Source: Clostridia bacterium (GTDB lineage Bacteria > Bacillota > Clostridia > Christensenellales > CAG-138). Taken from it: DNA of 37,101 bases. The position numbers were made by a program, and so were the translations under genes. The DNA lies in contig JAZNHI010000015.1 in assembly GCA_045576895.1 (NCBI GenBank), positions 1 to 37,101 of the forward strand, written 5' to 3'. Under the pieces are notes generated by a model that saw only the letters and a program-made list of their open reading frames with translations, had not been told where the DNA came from and made no database searches. Below are positions 15,645-23,838 of this stretch, piece after piece. Within the stretch, counting starts at the first letter, position 1; every line of letters starts with the position of its first letter.

Positions 15645-16997
15645 TCAGTATTCCGCCCGGATGTCGAGCGTGCCGATTCCTTTCAGATAGAAGTCAAACC
15701 AGCGCAGAACGAGACCGTTCAAACGGTACATAAACGCTTCGTGATCGATGTCATTCGAGCCGAGCATGGAGGCAAGAAACGGGGAGAAAAGAGGCAGATC
15801 GGTGAAATCCATGTGCTCGCAGTCTCCGAGCAGCACCTGCTTTCCGTCTTTTGCATGCTCGATCACGTATCGATTCACATGAGCGGATTCAAGTTCGTCC
15901 TTTGCTTGTTCGATTTCACTATAATCCGATTTCTTTCCAAAATCAAGCACCGGAACCGAATACGGTTCTTCATTGAACAGGCAAACGCCGTTTTCAAGCC
16001 CTGTGATCTCACCGAGCATTGTTCCGTCGAGGACAATCACAGCGTCGACGTCGCTGCGTACTCTGCCGATATTGACCGCTGTTGCACCGCCCATCGAATG
16101 CCCGATGACGCCGATGCGGTCCGTGTCGGTCATCTTCAGCACGGAGAGGATCTCCGCTCCGTTTTCGGTATGCCACGCCGCATCCAATGCACCGGCTGTT
16201 TTTGCCGTCCCGATCGTATCGAGCACAAAGTTGACGTCTCCGGTCCGGATCGACATCCACTTTTCGAAGAGCACATACGTGTCTTCCGTACTCAAAACAC
16301 CGTTTGTTACATCGATTGCCTCCGAGAGAAATCCGGTGTCTACGGTCACAAGTTCACCGCGGCTGTTCTTTGTAAAGAACGCGTGATGCGGATGATCGAG
16401 TGCAGCAACGACATAACCGTGACTGACCAGCTCGGCATAGGTGGAGTAATTGCTCTGATAGTAGCCGAACGCGCCGTGCGAAAAGACGATCAGCGGGAAG
16501 TCGCCCTCCGCATCCGGATAGTAGAAATGAACGGGCACTTCGCGGTTCGAGCCTTCGCCCTCAAATGGGTCGATCCGGTTCGCATCCGTAAGGACGACGC
16601 TGCTTTCCCGCACAGCATAATCGCCGGTCGTTTTGAGCCCGCCGTAATTCGTGAAAACAAACGCGGGAACAAGCGCGAATCCGATCATGAAAACGGACAG
16701 CAGTCCGCTTGTGATCACACGCGCCTTTTTTGCGCCGCCGTTCACTTTTCTGCGCTTGATCAGCCAGCACAGAGCGGCGATCAGAAGCAAAATATCGATC
16801 AGGATCAATGCGCCGACATAACGCCATTTCATGTGCGTCAGAGGAAGAAGAATGACACCGAGCAGCAGTACGAATTCGATCGCTCTTGTCAGAGCGCGGT
16901 TACGGAGCCACAATGCTTTTTCGTTCTGCTTTGCAAGCGTCAGCACGATGAGTGCGGTTTCGAGACAGATCGTAAGAATGATGAAGATGAGTTGCAT
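15645..16997 (-). CDS. membrane-anchored alpha/beta hydrolase (lipase / PAF-acetylhydrolase-like)
   Basis: About 4 N-terminal TM helices, then FPLIVFSHGAFG...GVIGHSMGGATAV (GxSxG nucleophile elbow). Only 3 nt separate it from the LytTR gene. Confidence 0.8.
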   Translation of the reverse strand: MQLIFIILTICLETALIVLTLAKQNEKALWLRNRALTRAIEFVLLLGVILLPLTHMKWRYVGALILIDILLLIAALCWLIKRRKVNGGAKKARVITSGLLSVFMIGFALVPAFVFTNYGGLKTTGDYAVRESSVVLTDANRIDPFEGEGSNREVPVHFYYPDAEGDFPLIVFSHGAFGYYQSNYSTYAELVSHGYVVAALDHPHHAFFTKNSRGELVTVDTGFLSEAIDVTNGVLSTEDTYVLFEKWMSIRTGDVNFVLDTIGTAKTAGALDAAWHTENGAEILSVLKMTDTDRIGVIGHSMGGATAVNIGRVRSDVDAVIVLDGTMLGEITGLENGVCLFNEEPYSVPVLDFGKKSDYSEIEQAKDELESAHVNRYVIEHAKDGKQVLLGDCEHMDFTDLPLFSPFLASMLGSNDIDHEAFMYRLNGLVLRWFDFYLKGIGTLDIRAEY

Positions 16998-17032
16998 AAG
17001 AATACTCGCCTTTCCTGTTTGATTTCGAGGCG

Positions 17033-17061
17033 AGTATACGGGACGTATTCGAAATTAGCAA
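17033..17061 (-). promoter_or_regulatory. promoter of the hydrolase-LytTR-DUF3021 operon
   Basis: Reverse strand TTGCTA (17061-17056), 17-nt spacer, TATACT (17038-17033). Confidence 0.55.
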
Positions 17062-17074
17062 GAGATTCGGAGGT

Positions 17075-17106
17075 AAGATGCAAAAAGCCGCGGCAAGATG
17101 CAAAAA
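17075..17106 (-). promoter_or_regulatory. phased 12-nt direct repeats, candidate LytTR binding site
   Basis: AAGATGCAAAAA occurs at 17075-17086 and 17095-17106 (period 20), 13 nt upstream of the -35 box. Confidence 0.5.
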
Positions 17107-17123
17107 CGATCGCTTTCGGACGC

Positions 17124-17852
17124 TCAAGCGCCTGCTTTGCGGACGTTTGCCGCATGCTCGGCATCGGGAAGCCCGAGCACGTGCGAAAGGCTGTCTTTGA
17201 AATAAACACAGGCGCGGTTTTCGCCGTTCCATTGCAGTGATGCGGCAATCCATTGTCCGTCGAGTTCAAACAGAACAGCGCATTTATAGAAGCTGTTTGT
17301 GCTGCCGAGCCAATTTGTGAGCATGGAGACTGCGGCGCTGCGATCGGGATCCTGCAGCGGAAGCGACATTTCCGCGTGGTTTTCTCCCGCATCGAACAAA
17401 AGCGTCAGATCCTCCCCGGTTGCCGCATTCCGGATCCTGTAAGCGGTGCCTTCCGTGAGCATCGGACGGATCGTGTTCCAAGAGATTGAATTGCCTTTTT
17501 GCGTGATCGATCCCTGCGCGGAGAAGCTCAGCGGAACCCAGGCATGAAAATCGATGCGTTTCGCGTTACGCGTGAAAAGCGAGTCGGCAGTTTCGCGACC
17601 GACGCTTCCGTCGTTCATCAATCCGGATGCAGCCTGATAGGACATTACAGCGGCTCTTGTGACGGTGCGGTAGCTTCCGGTCGGTTTATAGGTATAGAAA
17701 CCAAGGTCGAACAGCCGTGTTTGAATACGCACGACGTCTTCGCCCGTGTCGCCCTGTCGGATCAGTTTCTCGCCTTCATCTGCCCGGACGCCGAATACCG
17801 GCAGCAGGAGCAGGATCAGCAGGAAGGGAAGGATACGTTTCATATTTCGCAT
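17124..17852 (-). CDS. secreted peptidoglycan-binding (PG_binding_1) domain protein
   Basis: Signal peptide MRNMKRILPFLLILLLLPVFGVRA, then LIRQGDTGEDVVRIQTRLFDLGFY...VMSYQAASGLMNDGSVG. The C-terminal domain is unassigned. Confidence 0.75.
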   Translation of the reverse strand: MRNMKRILPFLLILLLLPVFGVRADEGEKLIRQGDTGEDVVRIQTRLFDLGFYTYKPTGSYRTVTRAAVMSYQAASGLMNDGSVGRETADSLFTRNAKRIDFHAWVPLSFSAQGSITQKGNSISWNTIRPMLTEGTAYRIRNAATGEDLTLLFDAGENHAEMSLPLQDPDRSAAVSMLTNWLGSTNSFYKCAVLFELDGQWIAASLQWNGENRACVYFKDSLSHVLGLPDAEHAANVRKAGA

Positions 17853-17872
17853 TATAACATACCTCAGTACGC

Positions 17873-17901
17873 TTGAAAAGTCCGGATTTCGGTGATACAA
17901 T
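17873..17901 (+). promoter_or_regulatory. sigma-A-type promoter for the small Cys-rich gene
   Basis: TTGAAA (17873-17878), 17-nt spacer, TACAAT (17896-17901). Confidence 0.6.
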
Positions 17902-17919
17902 CAGCAGGGAGGTGATTCT

Positions 17920-18129
17920 ATGCGCTGCAGCTGTCAACGGTGCGGAACCTACATGGTGCAGGATGAAAAAGGCGTGCAGAGCCGCTGCATCTGTCCCGAG
18001 TGCTTTTTTGTCTGTTCCGCTTGCATCGGAACATCCGGCGGACAGCCTCTTGATGTGGAATCCCTGCGCATGCTTGCGCTGCTGCGGGAGGCACAGGGCG
18101 ACGGGCATATCGATGACGATGACGAGTAA
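17920..18129 (+). CDS. small cysteine-rich (8 Cys) putative zinc-ribbon protein with an acidic tail
   Basis: MRCSCQRCGTYMV...CICPECFFVCSACIG...DGHIDDDDE. GGGAGGTG RBS and a near-consensus promoter support expression. Confidence 0.65.
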   Translation: MRCSCQRCGTYMVQDEKGVQSRCICPECFFVCSACIGTSGGQPLDVESLRMLALLREAQGDGHIDDDDE

Positions 18130-18134
18130 CAGAC

Positions 18135-18665
18135 CTATACATCTACGGTAAACAAAACGCTCGGATTCGAAACATTCAGCGTGGAAAACCCTGCAGACCT
18201 GATCTCTACAAAGCCGTCCGCCGGAACGACCGTCCCGTTTACGACGGTTTCCGAGGGACAGTAAAGAAAGATAAACGCATGCAGCGTCAGGGCGTGATCG
18301 CCGATCGGCAGGATCCGCATCTCGCCGCGCGCGCCTTTCAGCATCAGATTGAGATCCCGACCGCTTCCGCGGCAAAGAATGTCCTCTTCACCGGAAAAAC
18401 AGAGGACGTCGCCCTTCGGCAGAAAACGCCAGTGACCGTTTCGCTTCAGATAAAACCCTTCGCAGAGCGGCGTCAGATAGCGCGTAACGCCGTCGAGCCT
18501 TGTAAAGCGGGACTCAGGCAGATCGACGCTTGCGGAGCTGATGCGGAACTGGAAACGCCGATCCGCATAGGAACCGTCGGAGGGATAGAGGTACAGCTCG
18601 GTGGTCTTTCCGCCGCTCCATTGCATTGTACGAAATGCCGCAGGATGATAAACATGAATATCCAT
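18135..18665 (-). CDS. HutD/Ves family protein
   Basis: TMQWSGGKTTELYLYP...FQFRISSASVDLPESRFTRLDGVTRYLTPL is HutD-like. The ATG at 18665 has a GAGG RBS. The upstream ATGs at 18683 and 18680 abut the preceding terminator. Confidence 0.7.
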   Translation of the reverse strand: MDIHVYHPAAFRTMQWSGGKTTELYLYPSDGSYADRRFQFRISSASVDLPESRFTRLDGVTRYLTPLCEGFYLKRNGHWRFLPKGDVLCFSGEEDILCRGSGRDLNLMLKGARGEMRILPIGDHALTLHAFIFLYCPSETVVNGTVVPADGFVEIRSAGFSTLNVSNPSVLFTVDV

Positions 18666-18690
18666 AATTGCCTCATTCATCATTTTCTGT

Positions 18691-18721
18691 GAAAAAAGGG
18701 ACTGCCGAACATGGCAGTCCC
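18691..18721 (-). terminator. intrinsic terminator after the VanW-family gene
   Basis: Reverse strand GGGACTGCC-atgttc-GGCAGTCCC (perfect 9 bp) followed by TTTTTTC. Confidence 0.8.
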
Positions 18722-18727
18722 ACTGCG

Positions 18728-20485
18728 TTATCCTTCACCATCGTCGCTTGGCTGCGGCGTTTCCGGTTTCGGCGTATCGGGCTTGGGCGTTTCAGGCGCA
18801 GGCGTATCCGGCTTCGGCGTATCGGGTTCCGGCGTATCGGGTTCCGGCGTATCGGGCGCGGGCGTATGGGGCGCAGGGGTCGTCGGATCGGGATCATCCG
18901 ATCCATGCGAGGTCGGCGTAGGCGTCGGGTCGGACGGTCCGCTTGTTGCGGAGCCGGAAGGGCTCGGCGAAGCGTCGGGACCGACGATATAGACCGCGGA
19001 GAATGCTTTATACGTGGAGGTATCCAGCTTCTTGCGCTCCACAAGTTCACCGTTCAGATAGTATTCCACATAACTCTGCCAGACGGAACCCTTCTGATTT
19101 TTGACGAGCTGCTTCTTGTAGCCCGGCTTTTTGCTTTCATCGACGCGGTATTCCACTTCACCGGTCGGACTCAGCGTTTTGATCTTTTTGGGATCCGGGA
19201 TACGGATCTCGTCATACTGTCCGTTCGAATCCTCAATGATCGGGATGCCCCAAATCTCCATCGTCAGCTTGCCGGCTTTCTTATAATCCGAATTGTCGAC
19301 GTACGAGATAATGATAATATCGGACTTACTGCTGTTTTGGAATTTGAAGTCGATGATATTGCCGATCGAGTTGATGGTCGCGTCGCGTCCCTTCGAAACA
19401 TAATCGACGGGCATCGAGTGATTGCGTCGTTCAACGATCTTCATGTCCGCCATGACCGCTGCATTATAGAGCGTGCTGGAAAGCTGACAAACGCCGCCGC
19501 CGTATTGCTTTTCATGTGCACCGGCAACGTAAGCGGTTGCGACCTTCCATCCGTTCGCCTTATTGCGGACACCGAGCGTGCCGTTTGCAGAGAACGTTTC
19601 GCCGGGATGCAGGATGGTACCGCTGATCAGTCCTGCCCCTTTGAAGATGTTATACTTACGATTGTTGATGCTCTTGTGATAATCGGTCGTCATCGTGCCG
19701 CGCAGGACATATTTGTTCTGAATATCTTCGAGCTTGACTTCTGCGGGGGATTCCTTGATCGGCGCGGAGATCGTATCGCCGGGTTTTGCATCCATCAGCG
19801 AGGCGAAGAGCTGCTCGCGATCGACGGCACGCCCCGGAACATCGCTGATAAAATCGATCTTGTTTTCGTCTTTGTTATAGGAAACAGAGGCGTCGATGGG
19901 CTTCGTATCGTTTGCATCTGCAAAAACGTTTATCTTCTCACGGAGCGAAGCTTCATCGAATGTCAAAAGAACGGGGAAATCCTGTCCGGACGTTCTGATC
20001 CGTTCCACTTCGGCAGAAACCGCCTCGAAGCCGTTGTCCTCGCGAACAAGCGCAAATGCTTCGTTAAGCGCATCGTCGAGATTGTCGATCGTTGCGATCG
20101 TTTCGCCGGAGAACGATTCGGACACTTCGCCGAATGAAACCTCAACGCGCATGTTCTGCCTTGCCTGCTCGAGCGTGGAAAGCACAGCACTGCGTGCTTG
20201 ATCAAGCGTCATACCGCCGACGGGTACTCCGTTGACGGTAACGCCTTCCAGCATGGTAGTGCGCTTCAGAATCGCGTTGAGCTCTTCGCGGTGCGGATCG
20301 GGTTCCGGCGTCACGATAGAGATCTCTTCGGACCCGCCGTGCACGGGTTGGTTCGGATCGACCAGCTCGCCGGTGCGGGGGTTGTAATCCACGTTCGTTT
20401 TGTCGTCCGTCTTTCCGCATGCAAGGCAGAGAATCAGCATCAAAGCGATCAGCGGAAACAGCCAGAAATAATGATTCTTCTTCAT
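18728..20485 (-). CDS. VanW-domain lipoprotein with G5 domain and Pro/Thr/Asp-rich C-terminal repeat tail
   Basis: Lipobox (LILCLACG). VanW core (PGETFSANG...YGGGVCQLSSTLYNA...RNHSMPVDYV). G5-like segment (EVEYRVDESKKPGY...). Tail of (PDTPx)n. Confidence 0.85.
   Translation of the reverse strand: MKKNHYFWLFPLIALMLILCLACGKTDDKTNVDYNPRTGELVDPNQPVHGGSEEISIVTPEPDPHREELNAILKRTTMLEGVTVNGVPVGGMTLDQARSAVLSTLEQARQNMRVEVSFGEVSESFSGETIATIDNLDDALNEAFALVREDNGFEAVSAEVERIRTSGQDFPVLLTFDEASLREKINVFADANDTKPIDASVSYNKDENKIDFISDVPGRAVDREQLFASLMDAKPGDTISAPIKESPAEVKLEDIQNKYVLRGTMTTDYHKSINNRKYNIFKGAGLISGTILHPGETFSANGTLGVRNKANGWKVATAYVAGAHEKQYGGGVCQLSSTLYNAAVMADMKIVERRNHSMPVDYVSKGRDATINSIGNIIDFKFQNSSKSDIIIISYVDNSDYKKAGKLTMEIWGIPIIEDSNGQYDEIRIPDPKKIKTLSPTGEVEYRVDESKKPGYKKQLVKNQKGSVWQSYVEYYLNGELVERKKLDTSTYKAFSAVYIVGPDASPSPSGSATSGPSDPTPTPTSHGSDDPDPTTPAPHTPAPDTPEPDTPEPDTPKPDTPAPETPKPDTPKPETPQPSDDGEG
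18756..18880 (-). repeat. in-frame 15-nt tandem repeat (about 8 units) encoding the PDTPx pentapeptide tail
   Basis: GGCGTATCGGGTTCC-type units repeat with period 15, and two units are identical. They translate to PDTPEPDTPEPDTPKPDTPAPETPKPDTPKPETP. Confidence 0.9.
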
Positions 20486-20573
20486 ACAGTTCTTTTCCTT
20501 CTTCATTGATGATATCATTGTACACGCTTTTTTTTAAAAAACCATCCCTTTTGAAAAGCATTTACTAATAAGT

Positions 20574-20615
20574 TACATTTCAGGCACATCTTTTATACAT
20601 TTCAGGTGCATCTTT
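20574..20615. repeat. tandem 20-nt direct repeat (period 22) in the divergent intergenic region
   Basis: TACATTTCAGGCACATCTTT (20574-20593) and TACATTTCAGGTGCATCTTT (20596-20615), 18 of 20 identical. Confidence 0.85.
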
Positions 20616-20836
20616 CACCGAAATCCGGATCCGGAGAAGGTTTTTTCACGATCTCTCATATAATAAGACGCATGAAATGCGAAAAAAGTTGCAGTAAAAA
20701 TCAGATCCCGATCTCATTTTCATTTGTCATATTTTTACAAGGAGTCCCGGCGTTCTGTATCGGAAAAAAAGATGGGCAAACGCAGAGAAATGTGTTATAA
20801 TATTAAAATAAGTCTATTGTAAGGAAAGGATTCCGA

Positions 20837-21895
20837 ATGAAACTTACAAAGCATTTCCTCGTTCTGTTGCTTGTTTTGCTGCTTGCCTGCTGTGCGCAGC
20901 CGGAACCGGAGGCGGAACCGAAGGAACAAATTGCAGAAAGCACCGAAGTACCGACGGCTGTGCCGACGACAGCGACGCCCGCACCGACAGCGACGCCCGC
21001 ACCGACGGCGACCGCAGTACCGACGCCGGCGCCTACTGTAACGCCGGAGCCGACTCCCTTCGGGATCCTGTGGCTTCCGGATACACAGACGCTTTCCTAT
21101 TATTTCCCCGAAAAGCTTGAAACGCTCGGTAAGGAAATTGTCGCATTGCGCGATCGGGAGAATCTGATCGCTGCCGTTCATACCGGCGATATCGTAGACA
21201 ACGGAACGAAGAGCTATCAGTGGGATAATTTTGATCTGTGCCTGAATGCGTTTATCGATCGGATTCCGTTTTACGCGGTTGCAGGTAATCATGATATTGC
21301 AAAACCGGATTCAAGCACGTTGCCGCCGGGAGATTATTCCGGATATCTGGAACAGCCGTTTCTGAAACGCTTTCCGCAGGAACAGCTTTACGAGGGCGGC
21401 AAGATGCTTTACGGTATCCTGAACGAAGGGACCGACCCGATCCTGCTGCTTTGCGTCGGTTTTGAAATGGGAAAGGAGCCGGAACAGCTTGCGTGGATCG
21501 ATGAAGTGATCCGATCGCATGCGGACATGCCCTGCATTCTGGCGGTACACGGATATCAGTCGAAACCGGAATGGATCATCCCGTACTGCAGATATATCGA
21601 GAACGATGTGGTATCAAAGTATCCGAGCATTCGATATGTGCTGTGCGGACATGCACGCGGTTTCTTCCATGACACGGCCTTGTATGACGACGACGGAGAC
21701 GGAGAACAGGAGCGTACGGTACATGTATTGATGTTCAACGATCAGGAAGGCGCTTTTCTGTACCGTGTTCTGCGCGTGGATATGATTAAGAACACGATTG
21801 CAGTGAAGACTTTTGAGATTGGTACGGACAGAAAGATCCCGGACGATCCCATATTCAGGCAACCGGCGGACTTTACGATCGAGAATGCGTTCTGA
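20837..21895 (+). CDS. metallophosphoesterase (calcineurin-like) lipoprotein with Thr/Pro linker
   Basis: Lipobox LLLACC. TP-rich linker. Motifs DTQ..., HTGDIVDNG, VAGNHD, LAVHGY and CGHA. Confidence 0.8.
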   Translation: MKLTKHFLVLLLVLLLACCAQPEPEAEPKEQIAESTEVPTAVPTTATPAPTATPAPTATAVPTPAPTVTPEPTPFGILWLPDTQTLSYYFPEKLETLGKEIVALRDRENLIAAVHTGDIVDNGTKSYQWDNFDLCLNAFIDRIPFYAVAGNHDIAKPDSSTLPPGDYSGYLEQPFLKRFPQEQLYEGGKMLYGILNEGTDPILLLCVGFEMGKEPEQLAWIDEVIRSHADMPCILAVHGYQSKPEWIIPYCRYIENDVVSKYPSIRYVLCGHARGFFHDTALYDDDGDGEQERTVHVLMFNDQEGAFLYRVLRVDMIKNTIAVKTFEIGTDRKIPDDPIFRQPADFTIENAF

Positions 21896-21913
21896 GACGG
21901 TAAGGAGATTGAT

Positions 21914-22408
21914 ATGAAGCAGCGGGAACAGAAATCGCTTTCACCGATGGAGTATGCGATGAAATACCTGACGGTCAAAGACCGTACGGTGTCAGAAATG
22001 CAGGCATACCTTGACACGAAGGAATTCGGAGAGGCGGACGTAGATGCAACGGTCGAGCGACTCAAAGAACTCGGCTTGCTGAACGATGCGCGGTACGCAC
22101 AGCGATTTGCGGAAACGCGTTTGGCGTCGAAGCCGATCAGCAGGCGGCGTTTGTGGGAGCAGATGAAAGGACACGGCCTGTCCGACGCGGATATCGAAGC
22201 AGCTCTGGGTACCGTCGGCGATGACGCCGAGGAGGAGAACGCAAACGCGATTGCACAAAAGTTTGTGCGGCAGTTTCATGCTTTGGAGCCGGAAAAGCGC
22301 AGAGAACGCGTTTTGTCCCGACTGATCGCGCGCGGCTTTTCATACGACGTCGCGAGAAAAGCATTGGAATCCGCGCTTTCGACGGAGGACGCATGGAGCG
22401 AGTCATAA
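21914..22408 (+). CDS. recX: recombination regulator RecX
   Basis: AMKYLTVKDRTVSEMQAYL...VERLKELGLLNDARYAQRFAETR shows the RecX helical repeats. Confidence 0.85.
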   Translation: MKQREQKSLSPMEYAMKYLTVKDRTVSEMQAYLDTKEFGEADVDATVERLKELGLLNDARYAQRFAETRLASKPISRRRLWEQMKGHGLSDADIEAALGTVGDDAEEENANAIAQKFVRQFHALEPEKRRERVLSRLIARGFSYDVARKALESALSTEDAWSES

Positions 22409-23838
22409 CCGCAAAAGAAGCAAAAGCGAAGGACGCCGAAGCGATCGCTTCCGGGATTCCGTCCCGTACCTTGATGCGGATTGCCGCGGAGGGGATCGCC
22501 GAGGCGGTCAAATCCCGTTGCCCGAAAGGAAGCATGGTCACGGCAATCTGCGGAACCGGGAACAACGGCGGCGACGGGATCGCTGCCGCACTGTTGCTGC
22601 ACAAAGACGGCTTCAATGCACGGATCGTTCTGAGCGGGGATGAAGATAGATGTACGCCGGACGCCGCTTATTATCTCGACGCCGCAAAACGTGCGGGCGT
22701 CGCGGTATCGACCGAATGGGATCCCGAGGAAGGCGAGCTGCTGATCGACGCGCTGTTCGGCGTCGGACTGAATCGTCCGATCGAAGGCGAGACAAAGGAC
22801 CTGATTGTGCGCATGAACGAAAGCGGAAAGACGATCGTGTCCGCCGATCTTCCGTCCGGGCTGCATGCCGACGTCGGAACGGTTCTCGGCGCGGCGGTGC
22901 ATACAGACTGTACGGTCACGATGCAGGCAAGGAAAGCCGGTATGCTGTTGGGACAGGGCCGCGCGCTTTGCGGTGAAGTGATCGTTCAGCCGCTGTACGG
23001 GGATGATTCGGTACCGGAACTGTTTTTACAGGAAGAAGCGGATGCTGCTGCACTGTTGCCGAAACGTCCGTTCGATTCACATAAGCGAAAGAACGGACAT
23101 GCGCTTTTGTGCGTCGGTTCAAAAACCTATCCGGGCGCGGCATTGCTTTCCGCAAAAGCTGCTCTGCGCGGCGGCGCCGGCTTGTTGACCGCCTGCATTC
23201 CGGATCCGGTCCGACCGTTTTTTTCCGCGCTTCCGGAAGCGATCACGGTTCCGACGGGAACGGAAGATTGGGGCAAAGCCGCTGCTGAGACTGCAAAACA
23301 AGCCATGATCGGCAAGCAGTCGATCGGAATCGGCTGTGGCGTCGGCAAGGGAGATATCACGGCGGTGATTGAAGCGGCGCTGCGTTCGGGAACAAAGCTT
23401 GTTTTGGACGCGGACGCGCTGAATCAGATGGCGAAGCACAGGGAACTTCTTTCCCTGCTGCATGAGAACGTTGTCCTGACGCCGCATGTCGGTGAAATGG
23501 CAAGGCTGCTCGAAACAGACGTCGGATCGGTGCTTTCGGATCCGATCGACGCAGTTCGGTCGTTTCCCTGCACAACGCTGCTGAAAGGCGCAACCACGCT
23601 GATCTGCAGCGATAACAGGATCGCTTTTTCAACGTTCGGCAATCCCGGGCTTGCAAAAGGCGGCAGCGGAGATGTGCTGACCGGGCTGATCACGGCGCTG
23701 CTTGCGCAGGGATTGGAACCGTTCGATGCGGCACGGGCGGGTGCATACCTGCTCGGAACGAGCGCGGACCGCGCAATGCGGATGCTCGGCGAACGCGCAT
23801 TGCTTGCAAGCGATGTGATCGATATGGTAGAATGCTGA
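22393..23838 (+). CDS. nnr: bifunctional NAD(P)H-hydrate repair enzyme (epimerase / ADP-dependent dehydratase)
   Basis: YjeF-N (ICGTGNNGGDGIAAALLL) plus the carbohydrate-kinase-like YjeF-C (GPGLAKGGSGDVLTG-type motif NPGLAKGGSGDVLTGLI). Confidence 0.9.
   Translation: MERVITAKEAKAKDAEAIASGIPSRTLMRIAAEGIAEAVKSRCPKGSMVTAICGTGNNGGDGIAAALLLHKDGFNARIVLSGDEDRCTPDAAYYLDAAKRAGVAVSTEWDPEEGELLIDALFGVGLNRPIEGETKDLIVRMNESGKTIVSADLPSGLHADVGTVLGAAVHTDCTVTMQARKAGMLLGQGRALCGEVIVQPLYGDDSVPELFLQEEADAAALLPKRPFDSHKRKNGHALLCVGSKTYPGAALLSAKAALRGGAGLLTACIPDPVRPFFSALPEAITVPTGTEDWGKAAAETAKQAMIGKQSIGIGCGVGKGDITAVIEAALRSGTKLVLDADALNQMAKHRELLSLLHENVVLTPHVGEMARLLETDVGSVLSDPIDAVRSFPCTTLLKGATTLICSDNRIAFSTFGNPGLAKGGSGDVLTGLITALLAQGLEPFDAARAGAYLLGTSADRAMRMLGERALLASDVIDMVEC

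Noticed and set aside
15363-17240. 625-aa ORF on the + strand
   Set aside because: It is antisense to the LytTR and hydrolase genes and crosses their promoter region. It is a shadow frame.
18668-20137. 489-aa ORF on the + strand (with the related 18711-18992 Gly/Val/Ser repeat ORF)
   Set aside because: It is antisense to the VanW/G5 gene. Its repetitive RRIGF / GVSG sequence is just the PDTPx coding repeat read on the other strand.
20517-20545. T8A6 homopolymer tract (20528-20541) as a phase-variable promoter spacer for the VanW gene
   Set aside because: A TACAAT -10 box is present, but no credible -35 box flanks the tract. The promoter assignment is therefore too weak to claim slipped-strand regulation.
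20606-20800. 64-aa ORF as listed in the track
   Set aside because: The listed GTG start at 20606 lies inside the tandem repeat and has no RBS. Only the internal ATG at 20672, in a possible leaderless context, is kept as a speculative finding.
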